DNA from: Chiloscyllium plagiosum
Taxonomy: Eukaryota
DNA length: 64,000 bases
Direction of reading: 5' to 3'
Assembly (NCBI RefSeq): GCF_004010195.1
Contig: NC_057719.1
Span: 48,868,723 to 48,932,722, forward strand
The notes below the pieces were generated by a model that worked only from the letters and a program-made list of their open reading frames with translations, had not been told where the DNA came from and searched no databases. Shown in pieces: positions 51,375 through 64,000 of this stretch (within the stretch, counting starts at the first letter, position 1; the number at the start of each line of letters is the position of its first letter). Made by a program: the position numbers and the translations under genes.

Positions 51375-51745
51375 ACCAGTTACCACCCAATGCCTGGAGA
51401 AGAATGCCTCATATTTTGCCTTGGGACCCTGCAACTACACGGGATAAATGTGGATTTCAACACCTTCCTCATTTCCCCTCCCCCCCACATTATCCCAGTC
51501 CCAAGCCTCCAACTCGGCACTGCCTTCTGGACCTGTCCAACACTGCCCCTCTGACCTATTCTCCATCACATTCATCTACCTGTTGCATTCCCAACTATCT
51601 CCCCAACACCCCCTCCCGCTCCCATTTATCTTTCAGCCCTGACCCACAAGCCTCATTCCTGATGAAGGTCTCATGCCTGAAACGTCGGTTCTCCTGCTCT
51701 TCGGATGCTGCCTGACCGGCTGTACTTTTCCAGCACCACACTCTA
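51375..51745 (+). mobile_element. Penelope-like element family A, 3' end with pLTR and hammerhead
   Basis: EECLIFCLGTLQLHGINVDF (GIY-YIG C-terminus); CTGATGA (51659-51665)...GAAA-CGTC (51679-51686). Confidence 0.85.
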
Positions 51746-52944
51746 GGCTCTTTACCAGTAGCCTAGAAACTTTTAGAGAGAGGCCGGCATTGTAGTGGCT
51801 GTGGTTCATTATTTCCTCCACAAACTCCATTTTGATTTAGTTTCCCCCACCATCTTGTTCCTTACTTTTTTTGTTAATGTTATGCTGCCTCTAATGGCCA
51901 GTGCTTGTGATTAGTCAATTGGGTGATTAAGTAATCTAATGGTGAGTTATCAGAATTTTTAAAAAAGCAATTTCAGCGGTTGGCTCAATCTATGTTTTCT
52001 GTTTGCAATTCAGAACACCAAAAGAATTCTTGCAAAGTAGAAAAAAATCAAGGCTGTGTCCAAATTGAACTGTTTTCTCTTTGGCAGTTTTCAAACAGAG
52101 CAGTCTGTTGAGGTAGGTCATTGAAAATAAAGCAGAGACTGTGTTATAGAGTATTAAAAAGTTGAAAAAAGAGCTGAAGACAGGAAAGGCAATAGATTGT
52201 GCATTGGACAAGATCAATGCTATCATTTCAGTGTTGCCAGAGCCCACTAGACTGTTTAAAGGGTCAGAGAAGGGAGTCTCTGGAGATTCTGTGCCATGAG
52301 GACTGTTGGCACCTGAGTGAGAGGAGGCTCAAAATCATGTACCTCATCAGTGGTAACCGTGCATGGAAGGTTTGGATGAAATCCTGTTGTTGATGAATGT
52401 GAATCTAAGGCTAAATGATTGAGTGGGTAGTGAGAGATTCCATGCAGTAAGTCAAGTTTGGGAAGATTACGATACTTCACATGGTCTTATATTTGAACAG
52501 AAATTAAAATGAGGGCGTATAACTATGTGAGGTGTATCCTTGTTGTATCAACATTTTAAAGTGAGATTTGTTTTTTTTCAAAATATCCTCCACCTGTTAA
52601 TTGACTCTTTAATTATGTTGATTTTAGTTGGTTGGTTACAATGAAGGTTTTTACAAAGTGCAATTTTATCTAACAATTCCCATTGACTTCATGGGGATTC
52701 CTTCCTTACAAAAGTTATTGACCTCTGCAGATCTCAGTGACTGTAAGTTGAATTTCCATCCCAATTTAGGATCTGCTATGGTCCTTAGAACACAATACCC
52801 CCATGTTGTTTTAATTTTGAAGGTTGCATTATAGTAAAATTTGCTTAAATTTTATTAATATACAGTGTTACTGCATTCAGAATTGCAAAAGTGAATCCAT
52901 CTGCAGCAGTTTTTTAAAAGACTGCAGCATAATGACAAAGATCC

Positions 52945-55900
52945 CTTTTTTAATAAATATTTTTATTAATAACTTTTTCAAATCTTTTACAAAGCAACTA
53001 TATATTAAAAAATACCAAAATACAAGATAGAGGTAGTACAACAATGTCACATCACAATACTATTAATAATAAACTACCTACTATTCTACCAGAACAAACA
53101 TATCTACTTAAACTAAATTACAATCAAATTAAATTAAGATGAATTCAAATTAACTTAAATTAAATTATATTGCATTACTCTATTCTATTTCACTCACCAC
53201 ACCTCCACCGAAGTTCCCATCCCTAGGGGTACCAGTCATTGTACCTGTTTTTTTTTTCGTCCACCTTCCCCCTCCCAGGGCCTCACAGGCGCCCAAACTG
53301 ATTCCCACAGCTATATCACGGCCCTAAATAATATTGCCAATAAGTCTGCGTCAATATAATTTAGAAAGGGCTGCCACATCATGTAAAATTGCTCCGTTTT
53401 GTGGTGCACCATATTTGTGAGGTAGTCTTGGGGGAGATGCTCCATCGCCAGCCTGTGCCACCCCATAAGACCTAGGGGTTTTTCCAACGTCTAATTCATT
53501 AAAATGTTCTTCCTCGCACAGTGGGTAAGAATGTTACACAGTCTCTTACCATGTTCTCCCAGAGAGACCAAATTTGGCATCCCCAGAAGAAGAAATACCA
53601 GGTCCACTTTGACTTCAATTCCCAGGATTTCCTTCAGCTCCTTTACTATGGCACTCCAGTATTTCTGGATCTTGCAACATAACCAAAAGCAATTTGTGAG
53701 AGGGCCTATACTAATTCTACATTTGGGACATTCTGGAGACGCTCCTCTCCTGAACATAGCTAGCCTCTCTGGTGCCATATGAGCCCTGTGTAAAATCTTC
53801 AATTACATGGCCTGTGCATTGTTACATATTGAGATTTTGTTTACATTTTCCCATATATCTTCTCATGCTTCCAATGAAATATCCTCTCCTAGCTCCTGAT
53901 TCCAAGTCCTACAGAGTTTCCCCACATCTTCTAAGGCACGTCATTTCTGTAAATGATACAAAGTACAAACTGAAAGAGCATCCATGTACAGGAGCACGCT
54001 TTTCTCCACGTCTGAATTGTAAGGCTGAGCCAGGAGCATGGTCTTCCTTGTATATAATCCCTTATCTGAAAGTACCGGAAAAGGTCCCTATTAGACAATC
54101 CATATTTCTGACTTAGTTGGCCAATGACATCAGGACCTCCCCCTCAAATAAATCTGCCAAACAAGAGATTCCCTTATTCTCCCATGCCTTAAAGTCGGAA
54201 TCCATTGCCCCAGGTTTAATTCCTTGGATTCCTGCCAACGGGGTAAACGGCGAGATCTTAAGCCAATTGCCCCCGTCTTGCCTCATTATCTTCCAAGCTT
54301 TCACTGTATTTAAAATGATTGGGCTTTTACACTGCTCAACCATGGATTTCATCTTATCCATGAATAATAGATTAACTCGGCGACATCTTGACTGCGAGGC
54401 TTCAACACCAAGCCAAATTGACTCCGAATCCCCCCGTACCCGATCACCCACATGTGCTAAGAGGCCGCTTATTTGATATCTCTTCAGGTCTGGAAGGTCC
54501 ACCTCCTCACCTCACCCTGCAGGAGTTGCCATTTAGTAAATTTAATTAGGGGGCATCTGCAACACCAAATAAAGGAATCTAGCCAACCATTGAGCCTCTG
54601 TAATACTTATCTGGGTAGCAACAACAGGAGCATTCTCATCGGGTACAACAGGCGAGGAAGAACATTCATTTTAATCAGGGCTATTCGGCCTAACTATGAT
54701 AATGGTAAACCCCCCCCCCAACACTGCAAATCCTGTTTTATCCTCTCCAGTAATTATACATAATTAGCTTTATACAGCTGGTGGAAGGCAGGGGTAATAA
54801 CAATTGCCAAATATAAGAAATGTTAGATGACAATCTAAATGTGAACTGCATTCCATCCTTCAGATCATGCACCTCCACTAATTCCCCTGCCGGCATGGCT
54901 GCCGATTTTATGAAGTTGATCCTGTAGCCCGAAAAACTTCCAAATAAATAAATGTTTTGAATCAGTCGAGGAACGGACTCCTCCGGATTGGCCAAGAACA
55001 AAAGCACGTCATCAGCATATAGGGTGATCTTATGCTCCCCAATTCCCACCCTTGGCACCACTTTTTCAGGATCCTTCCTGATAGCCAGGGCTAACAGCTC
55101 AATTGCCAAGGTAAATAACATCGGTGAAAGAGGACACCCTGTCAACTACCTCTCCCAATATTAAAGTTATCCAACTTAGTGCCCTTTGTGATGACTGCTG
55201 CCTCAGGATTATTATATAACACTGCCACCCATCTGGCAAAGGGTCCCCGCAGACCAAAGCACTCTAGGACCCCAAACAGATACGGCCATACTATCCAGTC
55301 AAACATCTTTTCTGCATCTAGGGAGACCACCAATCCCCGGATTAATCTTTGCTGGTGTACCTGCACTATGTTCAGTACCCTTCTGATACTGTTGGAGGAG
55401 CGATGATAAAACCCGTCTGACTTTCTTTCATAATTTAGGGCAACACTTCTTCCAACCTTAGGGCCACCACCTTTGACACAATTTTAAAGTCTACATTCAA
55501 CAACAGTGCAATTGGTATGTATGAAGCAGATTCTTCGGGGTCTTTCCCCTTCTTTGAAATGAGGGAGATATTAGCCTCCGTAAGAGAGGGCGGAAGACAA
55601 TCCTGTATATATGAATAGTTACACATTTCCAAAAGTGGCTCCAACAACATATTTATGAATTCCTTATAAAACTCACTCGGGAATCTATCTGGCCCCGATG
55701 CTTTGCCACCCTGCAGCTGCTTTATTGCTTCCTGCACTTCCTGTACCATTATGGGCGCTTTTAAAAGGGATACCTGTTCCGCGTTTATACTGGGGAGGTC
55801 CAGGTTCTCAAAAAGGACTGCATTCTCGCTGCACCATCTTTGCCGCCCTTCGACCAGTATAAGTCTGCAAAGTATTCCCTAAATCTAACAGAGGAAGTGA

Positions 55901-58260
55901 TGGAGGCTAGTACAATTTCAACATTTAAGAGGCATCTGGATCATATATGAATAGGAAGGGTTTGGAGGGATATATGCCAGGTGCTGGCAGGTGGGACTAG
56001 ATTGGGTTGGGATATCTGGTCGGCATGGACGAGTTGACCGAAGGGTCTGTTTCCGTGCTGTACATCTCTATGACTCTATGACTCTATGTTCTTCCAAACA
56101 AACCAATAGCATAAAGAACATGTCAATTCACGTGTGGCACTTGTGTGGGTTGGAATAAAAACTAAGGTCTCTTCCATTAGGGTAGGGATGTTTCCACACA
56201 TCCACTAATCCCAACTCCTCCCACAAGCCCACCAACTGTCTAGTTTGCGCGGGCATACCTGCCGGGTCCCTTGGCATCCTGTCTACCCTGGGATCCATTA
56301 GGCAGTTAAAATCCCCTCCTATGATCGTGCAACATACCCCAAGAATCATTAATTTAGCAACTGTATCAACTAGAAATTTAAGAGGGTGCGCTGGGGGAGA
56401 ATAAACATTCAGGATGCCATACTCTTCTCCATGTATTTAAGAATGATGAACCATCCATGTTCATCCTTAATTTGTTCAGTTAACTGGATGGGAGGTTCCT
56501 TCTTACCATTATAGCCACTCCTCTACTCTTGGAGCTAAAGGAGGAGAAGAATACCCTATCATTACCCCCCTGCTGCAGTTTCAGATGATCCTTATCAGTT
56601 AAATGTATCTCTTGCAGTAGGGTGATGTCAATCTTTCCTTCCTAAACCTTGACAGCACCTTCTTTCGTTTAATAGAGAATGGTTCCCTTTTACATTCCAG
56701 GTGCACTATCTGAACAAGTCACTAGCCATGGACGTCTAGGGCAGCCCTTGGTTTCCCAAGAAGAGGAAGCATATCTGAGGTGCAGCGAGTGAAAAGACAT
56801 TAACTCAATAAGGTCTAAAAACTACTCTTATGAAAACTGCCACAACTGAAAAACTAACCACTACATTTAACTTAAACAAGCACCCAAATAAACCCCAATT
56901 CACTAGAGATCTCTCCCCTTGCCAATAAGGGACAATCCTCCCAATCCTTGCTACCATCCTGGCTCCTTCCAGCTGAGGCTGTGCCCTAGTCCCAGGCAAT
57001 ACACAGATAAAGAAAACATGTTATTTACATTTTGAGAGTTAAAAATGGACACCCACCCATCTTCTCCATACATCTTAACCACTGGTATAGCCACCCTCAA
57101 TCAAAAAACAAAATGACAGCAGCAAAACAAAACCCCAGACAATAACCAACTGACCAAAATCTTAAATAAATCAGGTTTTACACCAAGACAGTACAAAATC
57201 TATAAAACCGATGACCACAAAAAGGGGAGAGAGGAGAAACAAAGGAGCAGAAAAAGTCAAGAAAAGCTGTACCATTGTCCATAACAGTGCCCCTTGCCCC
57301 ACCCCCCCAACTCCCAACCCAGGTCCTTTATTTCAAAGAGTTCATAAAGTCTTTTGCCTTTTCTGTTGAATCAAAATTATATACCATCCCTCTGTAAGCG
57401 AAATGCAATGAGCCAGGTACCTCAAGGAATATTGAATGTTCAGATTCCTTAATTTTAACTTAATTAAATGCCTTTCTCTTCTTAATAATAGCTCCTGAGA
57501 AGTCTTGAAAAAACATTATTCTTGAGCCTTTGTGTATTAAAGCCTGTGGATCTTTTCCCAGTCTTTTTGTTGTTTCGATCACTAACTGTTTTCCTTTATA
57601 TTGCTGGAGTCGCACCAGGACCAGGCGGGGGCACGGGTCTGGCCTGGACCTGCACATTGCGATCTGATGGGCCTGCTCCATACTCACCAGGCCCGACTCC
57701 ACCCCAGCCCCGGGAACTTTGGGAGCCACTTCTTCAGGAAACCAATGAGGTCCTTGACTTCCTCGACTTTCCAGTGTTCGGATCCTTCCTCCTGAGACCT
57801 CTGCCACATTCTCCAATGCCGCGGTCCTCTGCTCCACCATTTCTATTCTTCGGTCCAGTGTTTGAATCTCATGCTCCTGCTTTCTCAGCATGGCAGATAT
57901 TGGCTCCATTGCTGCTTCAATCTTTTCTCAGAGTTTGCCAAACTCTGAGAGTAAATGCTGCTACCCCATTAAATCCAAAGGGACCGCCCCGGGGATTTGA
58001 GCAATGGCTATAGGCACCCCCGACATAGTAAAGGAGTGCCCTGCCTGCTGTACTCCTTTCATCCCTTTTCCTTTATTCGCCTTCATCCTGATCTTAGAGC
58101 TGTCAAAACACAATTCTAGCTCCAGATGTTCAGTAACTTTCTCTTACCGATTTTTCTCCTAGGGGTGGTTAACGAGGAGAGGGTAAAGGTCCACCTTGCT
58201 GGGGCTATGGCACAGAGCCCAGTACAGCCAACCACTCACACTGCCACCATCTTGGATCTC
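52945..58260 (-). mobile_element. L1/Tx1-type LINE, near full length, decayed (ORF1 ~58086-57330, ORF2 56729-53311)
   Basis: ORF1 coiled-coil plus PRLVLVRL and RIMFFQDFS; ORF2 TWNVKG, GGDFNC, GCPLSP, ITLYADD, CPKC..CFWLC; AATAAA and A-rich 3' end; 5' aagatggtggc. Confidence 0.9.
55889..56087 (+). mobile_element. CR1 3' end nested antisense in L1 ORF2
   Basis: Closely matches 15443-15634; tail tatgactctatgactctatg. Confidence 0.9.
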
Positions 58261-60554
58261 CAATGACCTCTTTCTTAACTTCGACTGAATGTGCAAGGAA
58301 ATTTCATTTGTACTATGGCGGAAAGTGAGCAACAGGACATAAATTATATAAAGAAAAATAGCCTTGCCCTGAGTAAATACTTGATCATCCTTTACTTCAT
58401 TAACACCTACATATTCTATTGTTTTCATATTTGCAAGGTTGTTTATCTGAGTGCATTACTGAGCTCACAGAATTCACCACTGAAATACACAGTTCAGTCT
58501 GTGGAGTTTATATGTGCTGCTTTTTGCAGTTTGAACTCATTTGTGGCTTCTCATACACAATGCAAGACATTTGTACAGAATAATAGTCTTGAAGCAGAAT
58601 GCAAGATTGAGATAAACTCACCTGTGGAAGACCATTCTGGAAACTAGCCTTGTACACTTATTAACAGTCAACTATGAATCAAAGATTTGAACCATTCAGC
58701 ACTGGCCTGGAAGTTTTTACACATTTTCAGGTCTAAAATAATGAAGCTGATTTGAATGTTGCATTGTGCAATTGAAATTGAGGTCTGAAAGGGCTAACCT
58801 CATTATTATGGAGGAAATGTACAGTGAACTCTAATGAATGTACAATAGATTTTAATGAATGTTCTGGTTTGTACACTACATACTGAAATATACATTTACT
58901 TATTTGATATTAGAAATAAAATTATTGTGCAGCTTTACGAGGATGAGTGATTAATTTTCAGCAATTTGCAGGTAAGAGATTGTAATCAAAGGAAAGAATA
59001 GATCCTGTCATATTGAAATGTGTTGTTCTGTGCTATGTTGGGACACAGGGTAACACAGGCAAACAGTCTTTCCTCCGAAGGAAGTGAAAAGCTCGCAGAC
59101 ACTAATCACAGCTAAGGCTCTGCAACTCAATAATTACCCACTGTCTCATCATAATCCCAGCCTAAGCTCTGACAATCCATCTGGGACCCTTGTCTCTTGT
59201 CTAGTGTGCCACGTAAGAATGAGAGTGCTTTAGTTATTGGCTCTTGTTCTCCTAAAAGCCCCTGGAGTAAACATCCATGACAGCCTTCACGTCCATCCTT
59301 TTTTCTCCTTAAACTGTTTCTCAATCATTATGTTTAAATTTGTTGCTCCAATCAAAGTTGCCTGCAACATCCAAAATCTGCCCAGCCTTGCCATCTACCA
59401 ACAGCTACCAAATTGGGCACTAATTGCAAGTTCTAACTCATTCCAAACACTCACATTTTATCAATTAGTTAATAGGCTAAAGAGGGTCTTATTGTTGCAG
59501 CCAGGTCATTTGGAAGCTTGAAGCTTCTTGATGGTGAGAATGTGAAGAACAGCAGCGTTAATATCTGTAATTAACCTTGCGAGTTCTGTGCTGCTGAGCT
59601 GGGGATAACCCCTATTTCATCCATATGTCTTTTTTTTCAGCTGTCATAACTATGTTAAAATGACAATATTTCTTATTTTGTTGTTCATCAAAAAATGACA
59701 TTTTCCAGCTAAGTTTTTTAAATCACCACAGTATATTGTTAAATCGTTGTAAATGGCTTATTTTACATTGTTTGAGCTGCATAACATTTTTGATGTTAAA
59801 TTTAACAACAAAAGCTGACAGTTTAGTCTAGAAAATTTGAAACATGGAGAAAAGACAGGCTTACTTTAGAGAGAAATGTGGCTGCAAGCCAAATGGCTAA
59901 GACAACCATTAAAATTTTCATTAGACTCTCCAAAACAGCATTTAATTATACAGAATAATATATAATTATACTTTAAAATGACAACTATCCTAGGTTGTTG
60001 TATTTAAACAAAAAAATATGGTTTCATTATTTTCTACTTAGTTGTATTGTCTTCTGTTACAGATTTTTGTCAAGGTTTTGTCTTCTCATGGAAGAGAAAT
60101 GTTCAAAAATCTAAAAAAAAACTTTCTTCATCAATTCAAAATAAATTTGATTTATTTATAAATTTCTTCATCATCACCGTCCAGACAAATATATGTTTAT
60201 ATTGCTTTAGCAATCGCTTACACAATAGAGCTGATCAGTTTAAGCAGTTAGACATCAAAGCATTAGGTATGGTATATAAATCATACCATGTTAAAGCAAA
60301 CAGATTTGGCTACAGAAGCACATTTCATATAGTAATCATATTCATCTTAAAAAGTTGTTACCCTGTTGTTTATAATTATATTGTCTATCCGGATGATTAT
60401 CAGGCATACATTTTTGACTGTACATTGCCCCAGTTATAAAACAGGTGGAATGAGGGGACATCTGTCTGAATATTGAATACATTGCTTCTTCCCATCTGTT
60501 GTAAAGTTAGTGATGACTCTGCTTGGCGTCAGTTATCCTTCTCAACATACAACT

Positions 60555-60730
60555 AGGGTGCCATATGCCCTAAATGTTGCACGTGCCACCCAGATGACTG
60601 GTCTGCCTCCCTCTCAGCTTGAGCACCTGCACCACAACAAGGGGCAAGTGAGGAAATTGTCGTCCGGGCACGTGCTGGGCACAGTAGGTGACATTCAATA
60701 CAACCACAGAGGACTGTTGAATAAGCCAAT
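60555..60730 (+). mobile_element. Possible Gypsy integrase C-terminal relic
   Basis: PYALNVARATQMTGLPPSQL resembles PYLALL-YRATP--TG-SP-QL; IQYNHRGL resembles the RRNRR-L motif. Confidence 0.3.
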
Positions 60731-61458
60731 TGCAGAACAAGCTGGCTGAGTAGAGCATGCTGCCAATCAAATGTACCAGGGTCCACCTTACAGGCTCACA
60801 ACTGAGAAGATTTACTGAACATGTTGGTTCATCATTTCTAATCCTGTCTTAGCCCAGCATGGCTTAGTGAGAGTTTCTGTGACAGACAATGAGCACCTGA
60901 CAGCTGGGAGCTTCTCATGTAAACATGGGCTGCAGATCACTCATAATTAAAAAATATTGTTTGAAAAACTAATTAATTTTCTGTATTTGACCTTTCCTCT
61001 GAACCATGACAAATGTACTGTACCATTAACTATAATTAAAACATTAAACACATAATATTGAAGAAATATTAGTCCTCTATCAAATTTTACATTATATCAG
61101 ATTTGCCAGTTTGTAGAAAACTGATTACCATATCAAACTCTTTTAAATGGGTAGTTTGTGATGAAACCACATAAGTATACTACAACTAAAAGGCTAGTTA
61201 AACATTGAATGAGTATTTGCACAGTTATTAACATTCTAGTAATCTTTGCAGTTTAGCACAGTTGCTGTTGTATTGTGAAAGCTAAAGTAAAATGCAATCT
61301 TTTGTTTAGGCACGTGTAATATCTGTAACTGAAAAGTGGCATGTCTGCAGAAGCACTTTGAAAAAAAGAATCAAAGCTACTTCAAGAGTTATTGTGCTTG
61401 GTTCTGAAAATTCTCACAATGTTAATAGTTCACAATATTTTAGCATTAATTTTCACTT

Positions 61459-61945
61459 GGGGCTGCAAATTGTGCATGTGTTCGGATGAGGGGTTGGCCA
61501 GGCCACCTAGCCCCCGTGATGTTTTTGGCATCTGATTTAGCCCATTTTAACCCTTGGGATTCATTTTAATAAGATTGACAGGCTGGATTGCTACCCATGT
61601 GACAATTCTGCTAGCCCGCCCATATGACGCACACTACTTTTGGCGCAAGTCCTGATTCTATTTAAAGCAAGGATGTGTTTTTTGAAAGTAAACATTTCCT
61701 GCTTGAATTTATCTTCCAGCTGTGAAGCTCATTTTCAGAAGACAGATGGGTGAAAGAGCTGCCCTTTTGCCATCCCACGCCAATGGCTTTCCACTCACCT
61801 CACTCCCAATCTCTTCACAAAGGTGGTTTTCAAATGCCTCTTCAATGTCCCAGTGGAGGAATTAAGAATGAGAATTTGCAAAGGCGTCACCAAACCAATT
61901 CTGTAGGAAACCCAGATAGCATGAAAGACTTCATGACCTTCTTGC
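61459..61945 (+). mobile_element. Harbinger-type left end with Myb/SANT relic, copy 4
   Basis: Starts gggctgca like 20927; tatgacg...TATTTAAAGC upstream of MGERAAPF; RKPR*HERLHDLL resembles R---QCRKR-NDL. Confidence 0.4.
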
Positions 61946-62039
61946 AAAAGCTCTCCTTCATTGTATTACAGAATAATACAAAGGGAGGTCTTTTAGGCCT
62001 TTGAAAGATTTATACAATGAGTTTCCCTCTTCTGGTCCA

Positions 62040-62534
62040 TTCCATATGATTCCATTCAAAGGATTTATCCAATACCCTTTAGAATAATATTATGGAGTAC
62101 CTTTTCACCACACTTTCCAGATCACAGAAGCTGGCTGTGTACATTTTTTCAAGCTCGTATTGATCTGGTTCATTCGCAAATTATGTTAAATCCGTGTCCA
62201 CTGGTCACTGACTCTTTTTCCACTGGAAACAGGTTCTTCTTGTTTGCCAACTCACAATCCTTCAAGTTTTATAATACTTTTATGTCAAATCTCACCATAA
62301 TTTTCTCTGTTCTATGATGAACGACCCCAGTTTCTCTAATTTCTTCCAATAAGTAAAGTCTTTCATGTCACTACTACTACAGTCTCTTAAGTATGGTCCT
62401 CAGAATTGAGCACAGAATTTCATATGACACCTAAAATATCCTTTGTAAGTTTGAACATAGCTTATTTGCTTCAATGCTCTATGCCCTTATTAATAAAGTC
62501 AAGGATCTCAATGACTTTCTAATAGCCCTCTGAA
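62040..62534 (-). mobile_element. Old CR1 LINE 3' fragment
   Basis: Antisense decayed CAQF*GPYLR motif and CR1 3' region. Confidence 0.55.
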
Positions 62535-62547
62535 ACCATTCTAGCAA

Positions 62548-62819
62548 TCTTTGAGAAGATTTGTAGCTAAGGTTGATGATAAGTATGTAAGATAGCTCGC
62601 TGAGCTGGAAGGTTTGTTTTCAGATGTTTCATCTCCATGACTAGGTAACATCATCAGTGAGATTTATATTTATTCTGTTATACTATATATTCTATTTATA
62701 GAGAGCTGGGACATACCACCAGTGCTTCACTGTAGACTCTCACTGAAGATGTTAATTAGTCATGGTGACAAAGCATCTGAAAACAAACCTTCCAGCTCAG
62801 TGAGCTAACTTATATGCTT
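62548..62819. mobile_element. Fold-back PLE mini-insertion, family C, with 13-bp TSD
   Basis: Inverted arms ~62580-62662 and ~62737-62820, each with a degenerate hammerhead; TSD accattcta(g/a)caa at 62535-62547 and 62820-62832. Confidence 0.8.
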
Positions 62820-62842
62820 ACCATTCTAACAACTTAAAATCC

Positions 62843-63130
62843 GATAGCTCAGTGGTTGGCTCTGTTGCCTCACAATGTCAGGAACCTGGGTACAATTCCA
62901 CTCTTGGGCAACTGTCTGTGTGGAGTTTGCACATTCTCCTCATGTCGATGCAGGTCCTCTCTGGGTGCTCTGATTTCCTCCTACAGTCCAAAGATGTGCA
63001 GGTTAGATGGATTAGCCATGGAAAATGCAGGGTTACAGTGATAGTGTCGGGGGTGGGATGCTGTTTGGAGGTTTGGTGTGGATTCAATGGGCCAAATGGC
63101 CTGCTTCCACACTGGAGGGATTCTATGAAA
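62843..63130 (+). mobile_element. HE1/V-SINE-type SINE
   Basis: agctcagtggttggc...ctgtgtggagtttgcacattctcc...gggccaaatggcctgcttccacactg. Confidence 0.85.
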
Positions 63131-63214
63131 TAAGTGTATGTGCATCGCAAACCTCTCATTCAAGTAAATCATTTATAATTGTACCGTATCATTTATATTG
63201 TCATGGGAAGGGGC

Positions 63215-63410
63215 AAGTGGCAGTTAGCTGGGCAACTGGTTTGCAATGCAAAGTAATGCCAACAGCATATGCTCAAATCCTGCACCAGCCAAGGACTTCC
63301 CCTTTCAACCTCAACCCGTGCCTGAGGCATGTTGACTCTCAGGCTAAATCTCCATCAGTCATAGAATCCCTAATGAGATAGTGGGACTGTGGTGACTTTA
63401 TCTCTACATT
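63215..63410 (+). mobile_element. Second tRNA-like SINE family, decayed
   Basis: Degenerate A/B-box spacing (cagttagctgg ... gctcaaatcc), cctgagg..ctcagg hairpin, tail ggtgactttatc. Confidence 0.45.
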
Positions 63411-64000
63411 TTCTATTGCCCCTCCACATCCTTCCCACAAAAATCAAGCATTTAATGCACCTTTCTGTGCATTAAATATAATCTGCCATGGGTCTACCCA
63501 TTTCACCAATCTGGTTATATCCTTCAAAAGTCTCTTTCAATGCCGTCTATTTAAAACATTCACTATAACCCTTTCTGTATATTCTGTAATCATTCTGGAT
63601 TACCACTAGATCATGAGCCCAACTTTCCTTGTCAGCCTCATTTTGCTGATTTGGCTCAAACTTATCAGAAATCAGCTAAGTGTCATTTTTGAGTGACTTT
63701 ATGGAGGTTTTCTCTCTGGGAGGTCCACTGGGTTTTCTCACATTATTATCCCAGACCCACCTCATTAATGCGTACCTTGCTTCTATGGCACCACACTTGT
63801 CCAATTCTCCGACTTGCTATAGATGGAAAGCTTCATCACTGCCAGAATAATCTGGGATCCTTGCTGCTGGCACCATGTTTAAAAGGGGTTTTAAGGCTAG
63901 TCCAGAGCTGTCAGTCCAGAGCTGTGCTGCATGGTTTATGACATTTACCGTTACTAATACGGAGCTCCGCTGTGCAGTCAGGGACCTGATGAAAATGGTT

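Noticed and set aside
52930..52945. TSD for the L1 element
   Set aside because: No convincing direct repeat immediately adjacent to both ends
57522..58013. 163-aa plus-strand ORF
   Set aside because: Antisense shadow of L1 ORF1
59550..59596. miR-15/16-like hairpin (cagcagcacag...cagatattaacgctgctg on minus)
   Set aside because: Only about 7 terminal bp pair and the rest of the stem is not complementary, so it is not a credible pre-miRNA
1..64000. CRISPR arrays, rRNA, operons or other prokaryotic systems
   Set aside because: No regularly spaced repeat-spacer structure or gene-dense coding; content is vertebrate retroelement-rich DNA

Overview
Repeat-rich vertebrate DNA, very likely from a shark (inferred from HE1/V-SINE-type SINEs with their partner CR1-type LINEs). 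No complete host gene is recognisable. Roughly half the window is decayed transposons: many CR1 LINE fragments, one near full-length L1/Tx1-type LINE (52945-58260, minus), a Rex1/Babar-type LINE, several Penelope-like element (PLE) families, tRNA-derived SINEs, a solo LTR and four PIF/Harbinger-type Myb/SANT gene relics. A 961-nt N gap lies at 28761-29721. Best observations: (1) at least four PLE families left short, target-site-duplication (TSD)-flanked, often fold-back insertions made almost only of the hammerhead-ribozyme-bearing terminal repeat; (2) a degenerate HEAT-repeat relic resembling Scc2/NIPBL at ~3840-4290; (3) a possible minus-strand host gene 5' end (CCAAT/TATA at ~39.45 kb, small candidate exons, candidate first coding exon at 5970-6130); (4) an exact 85-bp duplication flanking a 40-bp SINE tail. 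Family assignments come from remembered motifs, not database searches, and boundaries are approximate.
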